This document shows positions 29,714 to 35,107 of a stretch of 35,107 nt of DNA, one piece after another. This stretch comes from Polaromonas sp. (GTDB taxonomy: Bacteria > Pseudomonadota > Gammaproteobacteria > Burkholderiales > Burkholderiaceae_C): NCBI GenBank assembly GCA_023259235.1, contig JAHFQQ010000002.1:1-35107 (forward strand). Reading direction: 5' to 3'. A program made the translations under genes and the position numbers. Below the pieces are notes generated by a model. The model ran no database searches. It was not told where the DNA came from and saw only the letters and a program-made list of their open reading frames with translations. Numbering within the stretch: position 1 is the first letter of the stretch; the number at the start of each line of letters is the position of its first letter.

Positions 29714-31294
29714 TTACCGCCCGGTCCGGGCCAGCGACAGCACCCAGCCTGCCATGCGCGACTTCATCTTCTCGATGTCTTTTTCATTGAAGAAGTTTTC
29801 CGGCTTGACCAGATCCACCCCATAAACCGGACGGTGGAAGTCATTCTCGTAGCCGTAAGGCACCGTTGCATCAATTCCCATACCACCCTCAAAGTGGGTA
29901 TTGGAAGCGGTCCACTGCTTATCGCCCGAAGTCATGCGTTCCGCCGGCATGAAGGTCTGGCCACGCCCGCCTGGAATCGGATTGAGAATGTCCGTTCTCG
30001 GGTTCACGCGCGTCGTCAGGCACCACATGATGTCGTCCATCGAATAGATATCGACGTCCTCGCTCACCGCGATAGCCACACGCATGCCCTGTGAGCAGGA
30101 CAGGATCGCCCCAAGAAAGTTACGCTGCCAGCCTTCCTCAATTTGGTTGCGCTTTTTGACTTGGATGATGCAGCCGCCCCAGTCGGTCATGCAGTAGGGG
30201 ATATGTACGTTCTGCACAATGCCCGGCTGCAGGCGCTCGCACAGGGCAAAAATTGCCGATTCACGCACTGAAGTATCGATATTGGAGTCGTCCGCGGTAT
30301 GCACCCCAAGCGGGAAGATGATCGGCTTGCCTGCCCGCTTACGCATGGTGATCGCCGTGACGTGGAACGTCGGCGCTTTGTAGGCCTTGCCCATGTAACC
30401 AGCCCATTCAGGATGAAAATGGAAGCGGCCCTGGACATCGGCGGCTTCGGACTCGGCGGTCTCGTAGCGTTTATCGCGCGGATGCAGGTAACCTTCAAGC
30501 ACATATTCAGCATCAGCCAGCGTATAGGCATCGATGGTGCGGCACTTGACGAGACGAACAGGTGTACCCTGGATGGCACCGGCGATGCCGATCTCGTCGC
30601 AACCCTTGGGCAAAATTGCATAGTCGAAGCCGGAACCAGCGACGAAGGTGCACGACGGAGGAACGCCAAAACACATAGTGAGTGGAATTGGCTCCTCGTC
30701 CTTGTAGTGTTCGGTCATCACCTGCCACATATGGGATCCAGGAGATATCTGGAAGGTCCCGACGTCGCCCCACCGGAAGTTCATGCGGTTATAGCCAATG
30801 TGACTACCGCCGTCAAAATATGGGCCGACAACGCAGGAAATACCCGAACCAATGGTCAATTCGGTCTCTAGCGGGGTGTGCTTAATGGCCGTCAGCCACT
30901 TATTGACGTCAATATTTTCGGTAATTACATCCTCCTGAACCGGGGCATCTTCCTGCTCGATGATTATTGGTTTGAGCGGATGATCGATGGCACGCGCAAC
31001 CTTTTTTACGCGGTCCAGCGAGCTTTCCCAACCGAACATGTCTTCGACAATTCGGATATCACCGAACAGATTGGTGATGGCACGAGCATACGGCATGCCC
31101 TTAACATTGTTGAACAACATCGGCAGGCTACCGTCGAAAATCTTCTGCAGGCCAGTAATCTCAAGATCTGGATTGACCTCCTTGTCGGTTTCGATCAAAT
31201 AGCCCTTGGTCCTGAACCATTCCAGTGTCGACCGTAGACTCGTGACATCCTTGACACTGGTCTCGGCTACCGCCTTATTTGCTTTGTCATTCAT
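29714..31294 (-). CDS. UbiD-family decarboxylase, phthaloyl-CoA decarboxylase (Pcd/PhtDa) type
   Basis: 526 aa. The motifs VNPDLEITGLQKIFDGSLPMLF, SHIGYNRMNFRWG, FHPEWAGYMGKAY, MTDWGGCI and C-terminal LARTGR match my recollection of the Thauera/Aromatoleum/Azoarcus enzyme. The ubiX-ubiD-CoAT-CoAT context also matches. Confidence 0.88.
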   Translation of the reverse strand: MNDKANKAVAETSVKDVTSLRSTLEWFRTKGYLIETDKEVNPDLEITGLQKIFDGSLPMLFNNVKGMPYARAITNLFGDIRIVEDMFGWESSLDRVKKVARAIDHPLKPIIIEQEDAPVQEDVITENIDVNKWLTAIKHTPLETELTIGSGISCVVGPYFDGGSHIGYNRMNFRWGDVGTFQISPGSHMWQVMTEHYKDEEPIPLTMCFGVPPSCTFVAGSGFDYAILPKGCDEIGIAGAIQGTPVRLVKCRTIDAYTLADAEYVLEGYLHPRDKRYETAESEAADVQGRFHFHPEWAGYMGKAYKAPTFHVTAITMRKRAGKPIIFPLGVHTADDSNIDTSVRESAIFALCERLQPGIVQNVHIPYCMTDWGGCIIQVKKRNQIEEGWQRNFLGAILSCSQGMRVAIAVSEDVDIYSMDDIMWCLTTRVNPRTDILNPIPGGRGQTFMPAERMTSGDKQWTASNTHFEGGMGIDATVPYGYENDFHRPVYGVDLVKPENFFNEKDIEKMKSRMAGWVLSLARTGR

Positions 31295-31342
31295 TGCACT
31301 TTCTCCTTTATCTTGCGTTAAGTTAAATATTGGGGTGACGTG

Positions 31343-31942
31343 TTATCTTCGCGGCTGAAGATTTGCGACTTTCTTTCCACGCATCTCTCCGTCCCAGCGC
31401 CGCGCAAAATCGGCCGGAATCCCGAATTGGTCAAGAATTCGAGCAACAACGTGATCGACCATATCGTCAAGCGATTCCGGGTGGTTATAGAAGGCTGGCA
31501 TCGGCGGCATGATCGTCACGCCCATGCGAGACAGCTTGAGCATATTTTCCAGATGCACGTCGCTGAGCGGCATTTCCCGCGTCACCAGCACCAGTTTGCG
31601 TCGCTCCTTGAGAATCACATCTGCCGCCCGGTGGACCAGGTGATCGCCAGTTCCGTGGGCAATTGCAGCCAAACTGCGCATTGAGCACGGCACGATGACC
31701 ATCCCTTCCGTAACGAATGACCCCGAGGAGATCGACGCCCCCATATTGCCTTCAGAATGATCCACCGCAGCCAAAGCCCGGACCTGTTTGGCGGCATAGG
31801 TGGTTTCGTGTTCAATAGTCTGGATAGCCCACTTGCTGAGAACCAAGTGGGTTTCAACATCCGTGCCCTTTAATGCTTCAAGCAAGCGGACGCCGAAAAT
31901 AGCCCCGGTAGCACCAGTGATGCCGACAATAAGTCGCTTCAT
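31343..31942 (-). CDS. ubiX: Flavin prenyltransferase UbiX
   Basis: IVGITGATG, ISSGSF, PCSMRSLAAIAHG, RAADVILKERRKLVL..RE.PL, MPAFYNHP. Confidence 0.96.
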   Translation of the reverse strand: MKRLIVGITGATGAIFGVRLLEALKGTDVETHLVLSKWAIQTIEHETTYAAKQVRALAAVDHSEGNMGASISSGSFVTEGMVIVPCSMRSLAAIAHGTGDHLVHRAADVILKERRKLVLVTREMPLSDVHLENMLKLSRMGVTIMPPMPAFYNHPESLDDMVDHVVARILDQFGIPADFARRWDGEMRGKKVANLQPRR

Positions 31943-31993
31943 TTACCCCTCCTAAAACGAGCTCACTAGCTTTTGAATCAACATTGGTTATAA

Positions 31994-32008
31994 ATCCATA
32001 ATATGGAC
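31994..32008. promoter_or_regulatory. TCCA-N5-TGGA operator upstream of the ubiX operon
   Basis: ATCCATAATATGGAC; 14 of 15 bases identical to 18455-18469. Confidence 0.7.
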
Positions 32009-32123
32009 TTTTCCATAAAGGAGTAATTAGCCATTAGAGAACTATTTACCCAGTAACCTTAGAGATTGAGGCTCTACTATACGGCCTATTCTGGAACAAA
32101 TAACATAAGAGCTCCAACATTAA

Positions 32124-32138
32124 TTCCATGATATGGAC
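32124..32138. promoter_or_regulatory. Second TCCA-N5-TGGA operator upstream of the ubiX operon
   Basis: TTCCATGATATGGAC. Confidence 0.65.
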
Positions 32139-32250
32139 TTAAGCGCATGACTTGCGCTGGTAGCTTTTTCAAACAAGAGGGAGCGTAGTAGTCTGTACCG
32201 CGCAACGATTTCAAAGCAAATATTTTCGTCGCTCATGCAACAATCGCCGC

Positions 32251-33093
32251 ATGAAGCCCGAGCAGTATGTCCAGCAAAAAGCCGCCGCATCCGGCAGCAG
32301 CTTTTATTACGCTTTCCTGTTTTTGCCCCCGGCGCGGCGCGCCGCCATCACGGCTTTTTACGCCTTTTGCCGCGAAATCGACGATGTGGCCGATGACGTC
32401 ACAGACCCCGGCGTGGCACACACCAAGCTGGCCTGGTGGCAAGGAGAGGTCGCCAAATCGTTTGCCGGCAGTCCGTCACATCCGGTAATGAAAGCGCTGA
32501 TGCCACAGACTGCTGCCTACGGCATTGAAGCACGGCATTTGCAGGCCGTCATTGAGGGTTGCCAGATGGATCTGGCGCAAAACCGCTATCCCAATTTCCC
32601 AGCCTTGCAGCGCTACTGCCATCTGGTGGCAGGCATCGTCGGCGAGGTGGCTGCACGCATTTTTGGCCAGACCGAAGAAGCCACCACCGCCTACGCCCAC
32701 AAGCTGGGACTGGCGTTGCAACTCACCAACATCATTCGTGATGTGGGCGAAGATGCGCTGCGCGGCCGCATCTACCTGCCAGTCAATGAATTGCAACAGT
32801 TTGACGTGAAGGCAAGCGAGATTTTGAAGCGCCAGTATTCCGAACGCTTCAGTGCGCTGATGCAATTCCAGACCGGGCGGGCGCTGGCGCTCTATGACGA
32901 AGCGCTGGCGCTGCTGCCGCAGGCCGACCGCCGCAGCCAAAAGCCCGGCCTCATGATGGCCAGCATTTACCGCACGCTGCTGCGCGAAATTGCCGCCGAC
33001 GGTTACCAGGTGCTGCACCAGCGCGTCAGCCTCACGCCGCTGCGCAAGTTCTGGCTGGCGTGGAAGACGCAGGCCTTTGGGCATCTGGCCTGA
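32251..33093 (+). CDS. hpnD: Presqualene diphosphate synthase HpnD
   Basis: SGSSFYYAFLFLP, YAFCREIDDVADD, YCHLVAG, QLTNIIRDVGEDA.RGRIYLP. Confidence 0.95.
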   Translation: MKPEQYVQQKAAASGSSFYYAFLFLPPARRAAITAFYAFCREIDDVADDVTDPGVAHTKLAWWQGEVAKSFAGSPSHPVMKALMPQTAAYGIEARHLQAVIEGCQMDLAQNRYPNFPALQRYCHLVAGIVGEVAARIFGQTEEATTAYAHKLGLALQLTNIIRDVGEDALRGRIYLPVNELQQFDVKASEILKRQYSERFSALMQFQTGRALALYDEALALLPQADRRSQKPGLMMASIYRTLLREIAADGYQVLHQRVSLTPLRKFWLAWKTQAFGHLA

Positions 33094-33115
33094 AACGCCC
33101 GCCAGGCCGCAAGCC

Positions 33116-34387
33116 ATGAAAGTCGCCATCGTTGGAGCGGGCTGGGCGGGCTGCGCCGCAGCAGTAGAAGCCACGCGCCTGGGTCACCAGGTCGCACTGT
33201 TTGAGTCTTCGCGCATTGCGGGCGGTCGCGCCCGATGCGTTGCGGCCACGCTAGCCAGCCAGAGCGTTACCCTTGACAACGGCCAGCACATCCTGATTGG
33301 TGCCTATTCAGCAACCCTGCGCCTGATGGCCGACCTGGGCGTGGACGTGAACGCGAGCCTGCTGCGCCTGCCGCTGAACTTGCGGTTTCCCGATGGCAAC
33401 GGCCTGAAGCTGCCACGGCTGCCCGCGCCGCTGGATGCCTTCATTGGCATTCTGGGCGCCACCGGCTGGTCATGGTCCGACAAGCTGTCGCTGCTCAAGC
33501 TGGCGATGAACTGGCGACGCAACGCGTTTCAGTGCGCTCCGGGGCTGTCGGTCACCGATTTGTGCCGCGGCCTTGCGCCCATCCCGATGACGTCGCTGAT
33601 CGAGCCGCTGTGCGTGTCGGCGCTGAACACGCCAGCGCATCGCGCCTGTGGGCAGGTGTTCTTGCGCGTGCTGCGCGATGCGTTGTTTTCGGCTGGCGGC
33701 GGCTCCAACCTGCTGCTGCCGCGCGTCGATTTGAGCGCCCTGCTGCCCAATGCCGCACTGGCCTGGCTGGCAAAGCAAGGCAGCCCCGCGCGGCTGGGCT
33801 GCCGCGTGCAACGGATCGCGCCCATCGCCTCCGGCTGGCAGGTCACCACGGATGGCGACGCGGCCTTCGACCGCGTGCTGCTGGCCTGTCCACCGCTCGA
33901 AGCCGCACGCCTGGTGGAGGACAGCGGAGTGGCGGCCGGCCTGTGGCTGGCGCAGGCGCGAGGCCTGCAGCATGAATCCCTGACCACCGTTTATGTCCAC
34001 GCACCGCGGGCGCGGCTGCGCCAGCCCATGCTGGCGCTGCATTGCGGCGGTGCCGATCCGGCGCAGTTTGTATTCGACCGCGGGCAGCTGGGCGGTCCGG
34101 CGGGGCTACTGGCGTTTGTGGTCAGCGCCAGCACGGGCGACAGCACCACACTGACGCAGCAGGTGCTGGCGCAGGCGGCCCGCCAATTGCGGCTTAACGC
34201 ACTGCAACCGGTGCAGACCATTGTGGAAAAGCGCGCCACCTTTGCCTGCACACCGGGCTTGCAGCGTCCCGCGCTCGAAGTAGTTCCCGGCCTGCTGGCG
34301 TGTGGTGACTACGTTGCCGGACCGTATCCGGCCACGCTGGAAGGCGCCGTGCGCTCAGGGCTGGCAGCGGCGCTTGCCATCGGATAA
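33116..34387 (+). CDS. hpnE: Hydroxysqualene dehydroxylase HpnE (FAD-dependent)
   Basis: MKVAIVGAGWAG Rossmann motif, GGRAR, LDNGQHILIGAY, EKRATF, YPATLEGAVRSG. Confidence 0.94.
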   Translation: MKVAIVGAGWAGCAAAVEATRLGHQVALFESSRIAGGRARCVAATLASQSVTLDNGQHILIGAYSATLRLMADLGVDVNASLLRLPLNLRFPDGNGLKLPRLPAPLDAFIGILGATGWSWSDKLSLLKLAMNWRRNAFQCAPGLSVTDLCRGLAPIPMTSLIEPLCVSALNTPAHRACGQVFLRVLRDALFSAGGGSNLLLPRVDLSALLPNAALAWLAKQGSPARLGCRVQRIAPIASGWQVTTDGDAAFDRVLLACPPLEAARLVEDSGVAAGLWLAQARGLQHESLTTVYVHAPRARLRQPMLALHCGGADPAQFVFDRGQLGGPAGLLAFVVSASTGDSTTLTQQVLAQAARQLRLNALQPVQTIVEKRATFACTPGLQRPALEVVPGLLACGDYVAGPYPATLEGAVRSGLAAALAIG

Positions 34388-34528
34388 ATGGCGCTCTGAC
34401 ACCTTCGAGGCCGGTGCTTGGCGCGACAGGCGCAGTGCCATTGGGTGCATCCAACTGTGGCTTGCCGGTTCATATCCCTGTCATCTTTTGGAGCCATGAT
34501 CGACGTTTCATTTCCCTGGGAGATGCCC

Positions 34529-35107
34529 ATGAAGCTTCACAAGACCGACCGAGCCCGTGCTGAATTGAAACCCGGCGTGCGAACCCTCAGCCAGCGCGAT
34601 CGCACCTTGTTGCTGATGGCTGATGGCAGCAAGTCGGTGCAGGACTTTCGCCCGCTGTTCGATGGCAACGGCGAGGGTATTGCACTGCGTTTGTTGCGCG
34701 AGGGTTTTCTCCAAGTCCACCCGGCCCCGAAGCCTTCCTCGCTCGCGGCACCTGCACCTGCACCTGCACCTGTACCCCAACGCACCGCGGTTGCCGCAAC
34801 CCGCGCTCCCGCCTCCACACAAACCAGCCCAAACGCCACACCCGTTGCGATTACGGCCGACCAATTTGAAGGCAAGCGCTCGCTGGCCACGACCCGCATG
34901 TTCCTATTTGATATTTGCGAACGCATGTTTGCCCGCCGCGGTCCTGACATGGCCGACCACTTTCGGGGGGCACTGCGAAGCGCGCGAGATCGTGAAGCCA
35001 TGCTTGCGGCCGCACGTGAAATGATCGAGGAAATTGAAAAAATTGCAGGCCACGAGCGCGCCGACTCCATCAGCGAGCGCATTGCCATGCTGCTACCGGT
35101 CATTTCA
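34529..35107 (+). CDS. Hypothetical protein, 3' end outside window
   Basis: Manual translation after GGGAG: MKLHKTDRARAELKPGVRTLSQRDRTLLLMADG...Pro/Ala linker...DQFEGKRSLATTRMFLFDICERMFARR...; open to the window end. Confidence 0.8.
   Translation, partial: MKLHKTDRARAELKPGVRTLSQRDRTLLLMADGSKSVQDFRPLFDGNGEGIALRLLREGFLQVHPAPKPSSLAAPAPAPAPVPQRTAVAATRAPASTQTSPNATPVAITADQFEGKRSLATTRMFLFDICERMFARRGPDMADHFRGALRSARDREAMLAAAREMIEEIEKIAGHERADSISERIAMLLPVIS
34748..34771 (+). repeat. (GCACCT)4 in-frame hexamer repeat encoding an Ala-Pro linker
   Basis: Read directly from the sequence. Confidence 0.8.

Larger units (their letters stand above)
9660..32220. mobile_element. Catabolic genomic island (aromatic carboxylate/phthalate) between hpnC and hpnD; boundaries approximate
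   Basis: Separates hpnC from hpnD-hpnE, has AT-rich intergenic regions and contains relics of IS3, IS21 and IS66 elements. No integrase or att repeats were seen. Confidence 0.8.

Noticed and set aside
21299-31942. ubiD/ubiX as ubiquinone biosynthesis genes
   Set aside because: The catabolic context (CoA transferases, importers, IclR, island location) and the Pcd-type motifs argue against it, so the symbol ubiD was withheld.
14940-32250. FNR/CRP boxes in island promoters
   Set aside because: Only half-sites or wrong spacing (e.g. TTG-N6-CAA near 15127, TTGAT-N4-ACCAG at 24676); no TTGAT-N4-ATCAA seen.

Overview
This is a betaproteobacterial chromosomal window; a Comamonadaceae (Rhodoferax/Polaromonas-like) host is inferred from gene order and sequence style. 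Positions 1-9.6 kb are housekeeping: a partial acrA-like RND adaptor, a conserved hypothetical gene broken by one in-frame TAA, a tRNA Gly-Cys-Leu cluster, lon, clpX, clpP, tig, tRNA-Leu and hpnC. Positions 32.2-35.1 kb hold hpnD, hpnE and a partial hypothetical gene. Between hpnC and hpnD lies a ~22.5 kb IS-scarred catabolic island. It encodes the oxygen-independent o-phthalate route (UbiX, a phthaloyl-CoA decarboxylase-type UbiD and a two-subunit family III CoA transferase), plus a porin, an IclR regulator and a type I IPP isomerase. It also carries a second, unrelated UbiD decarboxylase co-transcribed with a NitT/TauT-type ABC importer, and a divergent Liv-type ABC importer. A 15-bp TCCA-N5-TGGA palindrome occurs 7 times, upstream of all five island transcription units. 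The two ABC operons share a ~107-bp promoter block duplicated in inverted orientation. The best candidate for a new system is therefore a single IclR regulon in which two prFMN decarboxylases share one cofactor supply, plausibly funnelling a second aromatic (poly)carboxylate into the phthaloyl-CoA pathway. The substrate is inferred, not shown. A recurrent 22-bp palindromic scar of collapsed IS3-family ends marks rearrangement junctions in the island.
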